Below, in pieces: positions 8,071 to 16,334 of a stretch of DNA of 64,000 bases. Location of the stretch: sequence record NC_070963.1, one strand, 5' to 3'. Numbering within the stretch: the first letter of the stretch is position 1; every line of letters begins with the position of its first letter. The notes below the pieces were generated by a model. The model worked only from the letters and a program-made list of their open reading frames with translations, was not told where the DNA came from and ran no database searches. The translations under genes were made by a program, and so were the position numbers.

Positions 8071-9549
8071 ATGAAACTCAATCAACTGATGCTTGCACCC
8101 GTTGCTCTGGGTATGGTTGCTCCTGTTGCTGCGAATGCCGCAGAACTGAACATTGCAGCAGTCAATCAATACTCTGAGAGTCAGGTTACCAGCATTAATC
8201 AATTCTCTGATGTTCGTCCTACAGATTGGGCGTATCAGGCACTCAGCAACCTTGTAGATCGTTATGGTTGTGTTGCTGGTTATCCTAACGGAACTTTTGG
8301 TGGTGGTCGTGCAATGACTCGTTTTGAGGCAGCAGCACTTCTGAATGCTTGTCTGGATCGTGTCTCCGAAACTACCGACGAACTTCGTCGTCTTCTTGCT
8401 GAATTCCAGGGAGAACTTGCTATTCTTCGTGGTCGTGTTGATGGTCTGGAAACCAAAGTTGGCATTCTGGAAGCACAACAATTCTCAACTACAACCAAAC
8501 TGCGTGGTGAAGCAAACTTCATTCTGGGTGGTGTCAATGGTGCTCAACTGACCAATGGCACTCAAGTTGGAAACACTGCTTTCAACTATGACCTCCGTCT
8601 GAACTTTGATACTTCATTCACTGGCAAAGACCTGCTTCGCACTCGTCTGCGTAGTGGTAACTTCAGTGCTCAACCTTTTGGTTCTTCTGGGTCTCTGTTC
8701 AAACTGGACAAAGCAGAAACCACTGCTGACGGTGTAATTATTGACCGTTTGTATTACAGTTTCCCTGCGATTACAAAGGGTATGACTTTGACTGCAGGTG
8801 CTCTGGTTCGTAACACTGAAATGGCGTGGATTCCTAGCGCATATAAGTCAGAGATTCTTGACTTTTTCCAAGTTGCAGGTGCTCCTGGTGTTTATAACAA
8901 GGCAACTGGTCAAGGTTTTGGTGTTCAGTATGTTCAACCTGGTAAGAAAGGTGGAATCGTTGCTGGCATCAACTATGTTGCTCAAGACGGTGATAACAGT
9001 TCAACTGGTGTATTCAACTCCACTGGTGGTCTGAATACTCTGGCACAACTTGGTTATCGTGCTCCTAACTGGGGTGTTGCTTTCGGTTATCGTTACGGCA
9101 CTCAAGGAACTCGTATTCGCACCTTTAATGGTCTGAATGGTGCTAATGGAACTCTTGCCGCAAATCAAGGTTCTAACGGTTATGCTATTAACGCATACTG
9201 GCAACCTCTTCAGTCTGGTTGGATTCCTTCTGTTTCTGCTGCTTATAGTTGGAACTATGTTGCTGGTCCTTCGACTCCTAACAATGCAACCAATTCACAG
9301 ACTTGGTTTGCAGGTCTTCAGTGGAGCGATGTATTTGCAAAGGGTAATGGTGCTGGTTTTGCTATCGGTCAACCTGGTAATGCCCAAGGACTCCCTGCAA
9401 ATGCAACGATGTGGGAAGTATTCTATAAGTATCGTGTGAGCGATAATATCAGCATTACTCCTGCTCTGTTCTATGTTTCTAACAACCAAGCATTCTCTGG
9501 TGCTTCCAGCAATGTTGGTGGTGTGATTCAGACCAAGTTCACGTTCTGA
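8071..9549 (+). CDS. Cyanobacterial outer-membrane porin (Som/OprB type with SLH domain)
   Basis: Signal peptide, FSDVRPTDWAYQAL SLH motif, coiled coil, beta-barrel ending in Phe; host-like codons. Confidence 0.92.
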   Translation: MKLNQLMLAPVALGMVAPVAANAAELNIAAVNQYSESQVTSINQFSDVRPTDWAYQALSNLVDRYGCVAGYPNGTFGGGRAMTRFEAAALLNACLDRVSETTDELRRLLAEFQGELAILRGRVDGLETKVGILEAQQFSTTTKLRGEANFILGGVNGAQLTNGTQVGNTAFNYDLRLNFDTSFTGKDLLRTRLRSGNFSAQPFGSSGSLFKLDKAETTADGVIIDRLYYSFPAITKGMTLTAGALVRNTEMAWIPSAYKSEILDFFQVAGAPGVYNKATGQGFGVQYVQPGKKGGIVAGINYVAQDGDNSSTGVFNSTGGLNTLAQLGYRAPNWGVAFGYRYGTQGTRIRTFNGLNGANGTLAANQGSNGYAINAYWQPLQSGWIPSVSAAYSWNYVAGPSTPNNATNSQTWFAGLQWSDVFAKGNGAGFAIGQPGNAQGLPANATMWEVFYKYRVSDNISITPALFYVSNNQAFSGASSNVGGVIQTKFTF

Positions 9550-9571
9550 TATCCTGATACGTAAAGTAATT

Positions 9572-9607
9572 GGGGGGGTTGACACTGACTCCCCTTTTTA
9601 CTATAAT
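9572..9607 (+). terminator. Intrinsic terminator overlapping a sigma70 promoter
   Basis: gggggg-ttgacactga-ctcccc-ttttt; TTGACA(9579)-17-TATAAT(9602). Confidence 0.75.
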
Positions 9608-9628
9608 ACGTATTGAGTTAGGAGGTTT

Positions 9629-9781
9629 ATGTCTCTAATTTCCCAACGTGACAGGCAACTTGTTATTGATGCTCTTGAATCTTATTTGCAAGAACCAGAG
9701 TTAATGACTAATTATTCTACATCTGAAGTTTATGCTCTGATCAATTGGATTAAACTGGAACATTATAAGAATGAAAATTAA
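9629..9781 (+). CDS. Small hypothetical protein (50 aa)
   Basis: Hand-translated MSLISQRDRQL...; RBS AGGAGG. Confidence 0.65.
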   Translation: MSLISQRDRQLVIDALESYLQEPELMTNYSTSEVYALINWIKLEHYKNEN

Positions 9782-9932
9782 TCTTTGGCAATGTAAAGAA
9801 ATGAATCAATGGAGATGGACTCTCTGTGAAGATTCTAGACCAATTGTTAAAATGGAATCGGGTCAAAGAGAAAATCTTCGTGATGCGATGAATGACATTG
9901 CAAATACTGTAGAATATCTTATAAGTCGATAA
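9771..9932 (+). CDS. Small hypothetical protein (53 aa)
   Basis: Hand-translated MKINLWQCKEMNQWRW...; overlaps the upstream ORF. Confidence 0.55.
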   Translation: MKINLWQCKEMNQWRWTLCEDSRPIVKMESGQRENLRDAMNDIANTVEYLISR

Positions 9933-9943
9933 CGACTTTTTAT

Positions 9944-10015
9944 GGGCGGTTGGCACAGTGGTAGCGCGTTTCGTTTACACCGAAAGGGACGGGGGTTCGA
10001 ATCCCTCACCGCCCA
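9944..10015 (+). tRNA. trnV: tRNA-Val(TAC)
   Basis: Acceptor gggcggt/accgccc; anticodon arm tttcg-ttTACac-cgaaa. Confidence 0.93.
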
Positions 10016-10046
10016 CTTTATAAATACTTGAAAAAAGTATGGTATA

Positions 10047-10481
10047 ATGGAAAAGTTATACAAGATTTTATCGGATACTCAAGCAAGTCTTTTTGTATTA
10101 TTTCAAAAAACTTGGGTATATCATTGGCATATTACTGGTCCTGATTTTTATCAAATCCATACTCTTTTTGGAGAGCAGTATAATGCACTTTTTGAAGAAG
10201 TAGATAGAATTTCTGAACACATTAGATTTCTTGGTGCAAAACCAATTAGTTCTCTTTCAAGAGTTGCTGAAGTATCAAGAGTATCAGAAGCAAAAAGTGG
10301 TCTTTCTGAAATGGCAATGATTAAAGATCTTCTAGAAGATCATAAAAAAGTCATTGAAATGTTTGGGGAAGCGGCAAAGATTTCTGAAGAACTTAATTCG
10401 AGAGGCACGACAAATCTACTTGATGATCTCAACGAAGCACACGGTAAGTTTGTTTGGTTCTTAAGATCATTTACTGAATAA
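10047..10481 (+). CDS. dps: Dps-family DNA protection/ferritin-like protein
   Basis: HWHITGPDFYQIHTLFGEQY...EVDRISEHIR motif; TATAAATA at 10019. Confidence 0.9.
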   Translation: MEKLYKILSDTQASLFVLFQKTWVYHWHITGPDFYQIHTLFGEQYNALFEEVDRISEHIRFLGAKPISSLSRVAEVSRVSEAKSGLSEMAMIKDLLEDHKKVIEMFGEAAKISEELNSRGTTNLLDDLNEAHGKFVWFLRSFTE

Positions 10482-10499
10482 GAATTACCTTATAATACA

Positions 10500-10757
10500 A
10501 TGGAAAACATTAAAATTAGATGCCGCTCCTGTGGTAAGGAGTTAGAAGGCATTTCTGGAAAATCAGTGTCTTGTGGTTGTCCAAATATGGCAACGATTCG
10601 TAATGGAGTTATATCAGCATTTGACTTGGGTCAAGTGGTGATGCTTAATTCTTATGGAAATCAAAAAAAATCTGGTGTTCTGTCAAATGAAGATCTTGCC
10701 TTTCAAGAAGAAAGGCGTCAGCGTAAAGTAAGAAGACTTGATTTTGAAGTCAGATAG
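10500..10757 (+). CDS. Zn-ribbon-like hypothetical protein
   Basis: CRSC...CGC motif. Confidence 0.6.
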   Translation: MENIKIRCRSCGKELEGISGKSVSCGCPNMATIRNGVISAFDLGQVVMLNSYGNQKKSGVLSNEDLAFQEERRQRKVRRLDFEVR

Positions 10758-11358
10758 GTTGTAAGACGCAGTTTTCATCATAACGAGCATATTGAAATCC
10801 ATCATCTTGTAGTTCTCCAAAACCAAATTTGCGAGCAACTAAAGACCTTTGATGCTTTCCAAGAACCAATGAGGATTCTGTAAAACCTTCATTGATTTTT
10901 GGTCCATAGGGTTTTGCTGCTAAAATATCCCCAGGTCTTGGAGTTAAGTTAACCATACCTTTTTCAAGATTTTTATAGGTGTATTTCATGAAGTGGTAAA
11001 AGATTTGCTTTCTTTCTTCGAGAGAAAATTCATCTGGTTGTTTGGTATATTTAACTTCCCAACCAACTTCGGCAAGTCGTGTCTTTTCATTAAAATGAAT
11101 ATTTTCAGCAAGTGTTGAAATACGTTCTTTTAACGATGGTGACTTGTAATGGTCTAAAAACTCAAGATACAAATAACTCTTCTTGGTCTGATACATTATA
11201 ATAAATGTATAGATTGCCATTGCACCATCAAGACATTTGAAATTGACTTGTTGATATCTTTTATTTTCTTTTGGATAGACTGGTAAGCGATCTTTATACC
11301 CAAGTTCTTTGAGAAGTCTTTCAAATTCAATTCTTTTTTGAGATGGTCTAATAAACAC
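10750..11358 (-). CDS. Hypothetical protein (202 aa)
   Basis: Long ORF with no competing plus-strand ORF. Confidence 0.65.
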   Translation of the reverse strand: MFIRPSQKRIEFERLLKELGYKDRLPVYPKENKRYQQVNFKCLDGAMAIYTFIIMYQTKKSYLYLEFLDHYKSPSLKERISTLAENIHFNEKTRLAEVGWEVKYTKQPDEFSLEERKQIFYHFMKYTYKNLEKGMVNLTPRPGDILAAKPYGPKINEGFTESSLVLGKHQRSLVARKFGFGELQDDGFQYARYDENCVLQPI

Positions 11359-11387
11359 TTGACAAACTTGAATAGATATAGTATATT
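11359..11387 (+). promoter_or_regulatory. sigma70-type promoter for tRNA-Ser
   Basis: TTGACA-17 nt-TATATT. Confidence 0.65.
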
Positions 11388-11397
11388 ATAACATATT

Positions 11398-11484
11398 GGA
11401 AGCGTGGCAGAGTCCGGTTTATTGCGCTTGTCTTGAAAACAAGTGAGGGTAAGACCTCCACTGGTTCGAATCCAGTCGCTTCCG
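11398..11484 (+). tRNA. trnS: tRNA-Ser(TGA), long variable arm
   Basis: Acceptor ggaagcg/cgcttcc; anticodon arm cttgt-ctTGAaa-acaag; variable arm gagg/cctc. Confidence 0.95.
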
Positions 11485-11518
11485 TTCCATATAAATACTC
11501 AAAAAGTCATTGTGACTA

Positions 11519-12727
11519 ATGGGTATTCAAATAAACGGGCAAACTGATATAGTTACTTCCACGACTGCTGGTGGGAAAGTTACTATACCCACTGCTACAT
11601 TTCCAAGTGTAACTGACTTGAATGCTACCGGTATTGTAACCGCTTCAAGTTTTAGAGGTAATATTACTGGCAATGTTAATTCTACTGGACTTTCCACGTT
11701 TTCTAGTGGTGTTATAGTTTCTGCCGGAACTACTAGTGCTCCATCCATAAGTCCAACAGGGGACAGTAACACTGGTATCTTCTTTCCATCACCTGATACT
11801 GTAGCGATTGGTGAGGGTGGTGTTGAGGTATTGAGGATTGATAGTAATTCAAATGTTGGTATAGGAACCATAAGTCCAGCAACTAAACTAGATGTTCGTC
11901 AACCTAGTAGTGATTCTGGAAATGCTTCAACTGCCATTTTATTTAATGGAGATGATTCTGCTACTATTTGGAGAGCAGCATTAAAACTTAGACACAATTC
12001 AAATACTACAATTGTAAGTGGTTCTTCTATTGGTATTAGTTTTGAACCTCTTTCTTCCACTGGAAGTAGTTTTTATGGAACAGCAGGTATTAAAGCAGTA
12101 AGAGAAAATGCAACTGCAAGTAATCAAGACACTGCTTTAGTATTTTTAACCAGAAGTGGATCTAGTAATAATACAACAGATACTGAAAAAGTTCGTATAG
12201 GTTCAACAGGATCTATTTTCATTGGGTCTTATGCAAACTCTTTTGATAATCCAGGTAGACTTAATGTATCCAATACCTCAAGAGTAACTACAACAAGTGG
12301 TTCTTATGTTCCATCAAATGGTGGTTTTGTAGATTATGCTCGAAATGAGATGATAAGCAATTGTATTACTTCATTCCCAGCAAATAATAATAAAATTATG
12401 GCGAGAAATGGAGCTCCACTAGTTATTGGTGATGCAAGGGCTGCTTGGTCTCATTATTCAAATTTACCAAATTATTTAATAGGTTCATTAACACATGACT
12501 GTATCAATAATACTAGTTTTACAGTTACTCTGGCATGTACGATGACTGTATTTTTGTTAAGGGATAATGGATGGAATGCTGTTGATTTAACAGGATGGAA
12601 TTTAATTGAAAGTGGGGGGCAAATAGGAGTAAATGCAATATCTAATGGTAGATTATATGTTAAAACTCTTTCTGCGGGAAGCAATGCACTTAACAATAAC
12701 TCTGCAATGTATTTCTTTGTAATTTAA
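11519..12727 (+). CDS. Tail-fibre-like virion protein
   Basis: GIVTASSF, APSISPTGDSNTGIFFP and NVGIGT fibre modules; TATAAATA at 11490. Confidence 0.75.
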   Translation: MGIQINGQTDIVTSTTAGGKVTIPTATFPSVTDLNATGIVTASSFRGNITGNVNSTGLSTFSSGVIVSAGTTSAPSISPTGDSNTGIFFPSPDTVAIGEGGVEVLRIDSNSNVGIGTISPATKLDVRQPSSDSGNASTAILFNGDDSATIWRAALKLRHNSNTTIVSGSSIGISFEPLSSTGSSFYGTAGIKAVRENATASNQDTALVFLTRSGSSNNTTDTEKVRIGSTGSIFIGSYANSFDNPGRLNVSNTSRVTTTSGSYVPSNGGFVDYARNEMISNCITSFPANNNKIMARNGAPLVIGDARAAWSHYSNLPNYLIGSLTHDCINNTSFTVTLACTMTVFLLRDNGWNAVDLTGWNLIESGGQIGVNAISNGRLYVKTLSAGSNALNNNSAMYFFVI

Positions 12728-12819
12728 TATTTCCTTAAACACTATCATCAAACCCTAACAAACTTGACACTCTTAAAATACTCACTAGCATAACTAGTAG
12801 TATTCTAAAAAGAATCCCA

Positions 12820-12969
12820 ATGGATGATCATACTTACCAAAATTGGGTGAAGATCAAAGCAACATTTGAATCTTCTGGCAATACAGATAACATGTTTTAC
12901 CGAAGAGCGTGTGAAATTGTTAAAACCAAACGAGACCCACTCGCAAAGATTCTTGGAGATGAAAAGTGA
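12820..12969 (+). CDS. Small hypothetical protein (49 aa)
   Basis: Hand-translated MDDHTYQNWVKIK...; stop overlaps the next start. Confidence 0.55.
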   Translation: MDDHTYQNWVKIKATFESSGNTDNMFYRRACEIVKTKRDPLAKILGDEK

Positions 12970-13169
12970 TGGAACCTCATGATGAATTGGTAAGTCGTAG
13001 TGAAGTTCAGGAGATGATCGATGCTGCTATCAGAAGACACAACCGCAATGCTTCTATCATTAGTATGTGCGTCGGTTGGGTGGTTCTTGCTTTATTTGCT
13101 GAGGGACTTTTAAGACTTGTAGGTGTTATTCCACCGTTACTTCCATTTCTTAAAATTACGTTAAATTAA
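12969..13169 (+). CDS. Small membrane protein
   Basis: ISMCVGWVVLALFAEGLL hydrophobic helix. Confidence 0.65.
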   Translation: MEPHDELVSRSEVQEMIDAAIRRHNRNASIISMCVGWVVLALFAEGLLRLVGVIPPLLPFLKITLN

Positions 13170-13282
13170 TGTCAATAATCACAGAAGAAGATATAAAAGA
13201 ACTCCAAAAAAGAGTTTTCAATCAAAAAATAGAAGAACTTTTTGAAGAACCTTCAACTTATGAGGACGAAGAGGATGACTAA
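13169..13282 (+). CDS. Small acidic protein (37 aa)
   Basis: Hand-translated MSIITEEDIKEL...; TAATG coupling. Confidence 0.5.
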   Translation: MSIITEEDIKELQKRVFNQKIEELFEEPSTYEDEEDD

Positions 13283-13361
13283 TACTTTAATATCAGCAGT
13301 TATACTTTTTTTGACAATCACTTTATTCATTCAATGGGGATTGACTCACGCATATGGATAA
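13275..13361 (+). CDS. 28-aa single-helix membrane peptide
   Basis: MTNTLISAVILFLTITLFIQWGLTHAYG; RBS GAGG. Confidence 0.45.
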   Translation: MTNTLISAVILFLTITLFIQWGLTHAYG

Positions 13362-13539
13362 AAAAAGATATAGTTTTGCTATGACCTGTTTTGTAAGGTC
13401 TTATGGTAGAAATGTATTAAATGATGAATATATCAAACAGTTTTGTAGAGAGTGGTCAGATTGGGATGTAACACCACCATTGGATAATACAGTAGACCAA
13501 TACTTTCATTATGAATATAAAAATTGGAGGGGAATATGA
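13354..13539 (+). CDS. Hypothetical protein (61 aa)
   Basis: ORF in a chain of overlapping small genes. Confidence 0.55.
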   Translation: MDKKRYSFAMTCFVRSYGRNVLNDEYIKQFCREWSDWDVTPPLDNTVDQYFHYEYKNWRGI

Positions 13540-13652
13540 TTTTTCATATTGTAGAAACTATATTGAACAGTCCGATAGGAATTTTTATTATTGGGATGTG
13601 CTTGACAGTTCCGCCCGTTATGGGTATAATGCTTATACACCGAACTAAATAA
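13536..13652 (+). CDS. 38-aa membrane peptide
   Basis: MIFHIVETILNSPIGIFIIGMCLTVPPVMGIMLIHRTK; RBS GGAGG. Confidence 0.5.
   Translation: MIFHIVETILNSPIGIFIIGMCLTVPPVMGIMLIHRTK
13602..13630 (+). promoter_or_regulatory. sigma70-type promoter for tRNA-Pro, inside a small ORF
   Basis: TTGACA-17 nt-TATAAT. Confidence 0.75.
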
Positions 13653-13660
13653 CGGTAAAA

Positions 13661-13736
13661 CGGAGTATCGCCTAACTTGGTCATGGCACCTGCTTTGGGA
13701 GCAGGAATAATTTCGGTTCAAATCCGAATACTCCGA
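13661..13736 (+). tRNA. trnP: tRNA-Pro(TGG)
   Basis: Acceptor cggagta/tactccg; anticodon arm cctgc-ttTGGga-gcagg. Confidence 0.95.
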
Positions 13737-13760
13737 TTGCCAGTTTCTTCACTGGCACAC

Positions 13761-13789
13761 TTGACACAAGTCTCTCAATCCTTTATAAT
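13761..13789 (+). promoter_or_regulatory. sigma70-type promoter
   Basis: TTGACA-17 nt-TATAAT. Confidence 0.8.
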
Positions 13790-13812
13790 ACTAGAGCAAA
13801 CAACACAAAACA

Positions 13813-14028
13813 ATGTCTCTGATCTCAAAATTCAAGAAAGATGTTAGCACTCTTCGTCTTGCTGCTAACGGGGAAATCTACCTTGATGTAAAGAATCCGA
13901 AACTTTATAAAAAGGTTCGCCGCTACTATGAAAATGTAGGGGTGGTATTTTCGGGTGACCCCCTTGACGACTACGAAATTCTTATGGAGTATGTCGCTCA
14001 AGATCTTGAAACCGTTGAGGTTGCTTAA
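13813..14028 (+). CDS. Cyanophage hypothetical protein
   Basis: 71 aa directly after a strong promoter. Confidence 0.7.
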   Translation: MSLISKFKKDVSTLRLAANGEIYLDVKNPKLYKKVRRYYENVGVVFSGDPLDDYEILMEYVAQDLETVEVA

Positions 14029-14273
14029 TGAAAGTCATTAGGAAACCCACTGTCCTTCTTGAGCGTTTTCCTTATCGTTACGTCCAAGTTGGCACTTTGG
14101 AAATCAACGGGAAACCTGATTATCGTATTCAGAAAGTAGATTCCTACACTGGTCGATATAGGGATATGTATCTTTTAGATAATGAGATGCAATTGATGAC
14201 GGCAATGGAAGATCATGAATACACTTGCTGGTTAGATCCAGATGGTGTTCCTTCCTATCGTCATTATACATAG
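14028..14273 (+). CDS. Cyanophage hypothetical protein
   Basis: 81 aa; TAATG coupling. Confidence 0.7.
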   Translation: MKVIRKPTVLLERFPYRYVQVGTLEINGKPDYRIQKVDSYTGRYRDMYLLDNEMQLMTAMEDHEYTCWLDPDGVPSYRHYT

Positions 14274-14305
14274 ACACGGATGGTCTTAAACAGTACTGGT
14301 CGGTG

Positions 14306-14560
14306 ATGAAAACCCCCCTTATAAAAAATACCGATGTGTTGCGATACATTGGTAATATTCTTCTTCTATCAGGATATTTTGTCCTTTTATGGGGAGATCC
14401 AAAGGTTGGATTACTTGTAAAGTGTATTGGTAATGGATTTGTGATTCCTTTCGCAATCAAGTATAAGTTCTGGGATATTTTGATACTGTGTGGTTTCTAT
14501 GCGGCAATTGAAGTTCCAAAACTCATTCAACTAACCTTTCCTAGTTTGTCTGTAAATTAG
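14306..14560 (+). CDS. Small multi-pass membrane protein
   Basis: Start moved to MKTPLIK; several hydrophobic segments. Confidence 0.55.
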   Translation: MKTPLIKNTDVLRYIGNILLLSGYFVLLWGDPKVGLLVKCIGNGFVIPFAIKYKFWDILILCGFYAAIEVPKLIQLTFPSLSVN

Positions 14561-14715
14561 GTGGTGGAGTCAAAATGACCCCTTATGAGTTTCCAATCTC
14601 TCTCAAGGATTGGTGGTGCGGATGGGACTCTCTCCCGCCTGGTTTCCAATTTCCAGTCAAAGAATTGGTGGCGTGCATGAAAGACCTAATGGGAGAGTTG
14701 CATAAACTCTCCTTT
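14535..14715 (+). ncRNA. wcaG-like cis-regulatory RNA (tandem units)
   Basis: Repeated TTT-ccaat...attgg-TGG(T/C)G units plus hairpins, upstream of the gmd/fcl operon. Confidence 0.6.
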
Positions 14716-14749
14716 TTTGCTATAATAACAAAATGGAAATTAGTCGTGT

Positions 14750-15574
14750 ATGAAATTACATTTAACTTACTTTGGAGATAATAATTTCTCTTTGGGTAAG
14801 AATCGGATTAGAAGACAAGCAGAAAACTTTGGAGTATTTGAATCTATTCTGGAGTTTGGAGAATCTGATTTAGAAGATAATCTTTTCTGGGAAACTTATG
14901 CGGAACCAATGATGGCACCTCGCACAGGAATGCCTGGACGTTATTATGGATATTATGCTTGTAAATCTTACTTTGTTTTAAAAGCACTTGAGAGTATTCC
15001 TGAAAATGAAGTGCTTCTTTACATTGATTCTGGATGTGAGTTGAATAAAAATGGTTTAGAGAAACTCCAACAGTATTATGAAGAGACTGTTGAAACTGAA
15101 GGAGTTTTCTTCACTCTTGATTTACCAGAAGCACAATGGACTAAAATGGATACTTATCGTCACATTATTGGTGATAATGATGACTATCTTATGACCAGAC
15201 AGATTATTTCTGGTATCTTCTTCTTGAAGAACACTTCTATGATTCGTGAGTTAGTTCAAAAATGGATTGATATTTGTGTTGAAGATAATGGAAAATATCT
15301 AGATGATAGTCCATCATCTTCACCAAATGATTCCATTTTTATAGAGAATCGTCATGACCAATCTATTTGGTCTTTACTTCTGAAGCAGAAAGCAGAAACT
15401 CATGACTTTACGTTTCATGAAGATGATACATATGAAACCATTTGGAACGCTGCTGGAATGTCTGGAGTTCCTGTGGGACATCAGCAAGCAAAAGTCTGGA
15501 ATACTTATGGTAGAGAATATCCAATCTGGGCAACTAGAAATGGTCAAATAGATTTTACGAATTGTGAGATTTAA
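14750..15574 (+). CDS. Glycosyltransferase-like protein (GT-A type)
   Basis: LLYIDSGCE DxD-like motif; ENRHDQSIWSLL. Confidence 0.6.
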   Translation: MKLHLTYFGDNNFSLGKNRIRRQAENFGVFESILEFGESDLEDNLFWETYAEPMMAPRTGMPGRYYGYYACKSYFVLKALESIPENEVLLYIDSGCELNKNGLEKLQQYYEETVETEGVFFTLDLPEAQWTKMDTYRHIIGDNDDYLMTRQIISGIFFLKNTSMIRELVQKWIDICVEDNGKYLDDSPSSSPNDSIFIENRHDQSIWSLLLKQKAETHDFTFHEDDTYETIWNAAGMSGVPVGHQQAKVWNTYGREYPIWATRNGQIDFTNCEI

Positions 15575-15592
15575 TGTAAATAAATAACAATA

Positions 15593-15669
15593 CCTGAATG
15601 GGTGGTTCTTTTCAGGAAGGAGGGTGAAAGTCCCTCCTTTTAATATAAATAATAATAACCACCCATTTA
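15593..15669 (+). promoter_or_regulatory. Inverted repeat enclosing a late promoter, upstream of a homing endonuclease
   Basis: aatgggtggtt(15597)/aaccacccatt(15657); inner aaggaggg/ccctcctt; TATAAATA at 15644. Confidence 0.65.
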
Positions 15670-15677
15670 GAGTAGAA

Positions 15678-16325
15678 ATGAATTATCTAAAGATTTATTG
15701 TAATCTTATCAGGAAAGCAGAGAACAGAATCCCTCCTGAAGGATATACAGAAAAACATCACACATTTCCTAAAAGTATTTTTGGAAAGAATAATAGAGTT
15801 GTTGTGCTTACAGGAAGAGAGCATTATATTACCCATTTACTTTTATGGAAAGGATGTAAAAAAAGATATGGTGAAAAAAATCAAAAAACCATAAAGATGT
15901 TTTATGCTTTATGGTCTATGATAAATGGAAATGGAAAAAATCCCAGAGTTACAAATAGTAGGTTTTATGCTAAAATAAGAATGGAAATATCAAAAAATCA
16001 AATAGAAAATATAGAATGGAGAAAAAAAGTAAAAGAAGGAGTTATTAAAAGTTATCAAAATTTAGAATATAAAAAAAGAAAAGCGGAAATTAATAAAAAT
16101 TGTCCAAATAATCCAAAGTGGATTAAATCTATGGAAAAAGTAAGAAATCTCAATAAAAAATCATATTTAATATATTTTGATTCTGGAGAAATAATTACTA
16201 TTTTTGGATTATCTGAATGGTGTAGAAATAATGGGTATAATCCATCTAGTGTAAAAAATGTTTTATCTGATAAGATAAAAACAAAAACACATAAAAACAT
16301 TATAAAAGTAGAAAGGATTAATTAA
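15678..16325 (+). CDS. Free-standing HNH homing endonuclease
   Basis: EKHHTFPK...LTGREHYITHLLL; very AT-rich; start moved to MNYLKIY after the late promoter. Confidence 0.8.
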   Translation: MNYLKIYCNLIRKAENRIPPEGYTEKHHTFPKSIFGKNNRVVVLTGREHYITHLLLWKGCKKRYGEKNQKTIKMFYALWSMINGNGKNPRVTNSRFYAKIRMEISKNQIENIEWRKKVKEGVIKSYQNLEYKKRKAEINKNCPNNPKWIKSMEKVRNLNKKSYLIYFDSGEIITIFGLSEWCRNNGYNPSSVKNVLSDKIKTKTHKNIIKVERIN

Positions 16326-16334
16326 TTTAATTTT

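Noticed and set aside
7811-8481. Minus-strand ORFs 7811..8020 and 7987..8481
   Set aside because: Antisense shadows of tRNA-Gly and the porin
14575-14781. 68-aa ORF over the wcaG-like RNA
   Set aside because: No RBS or protein motif; the sequence is explained by RNA structure
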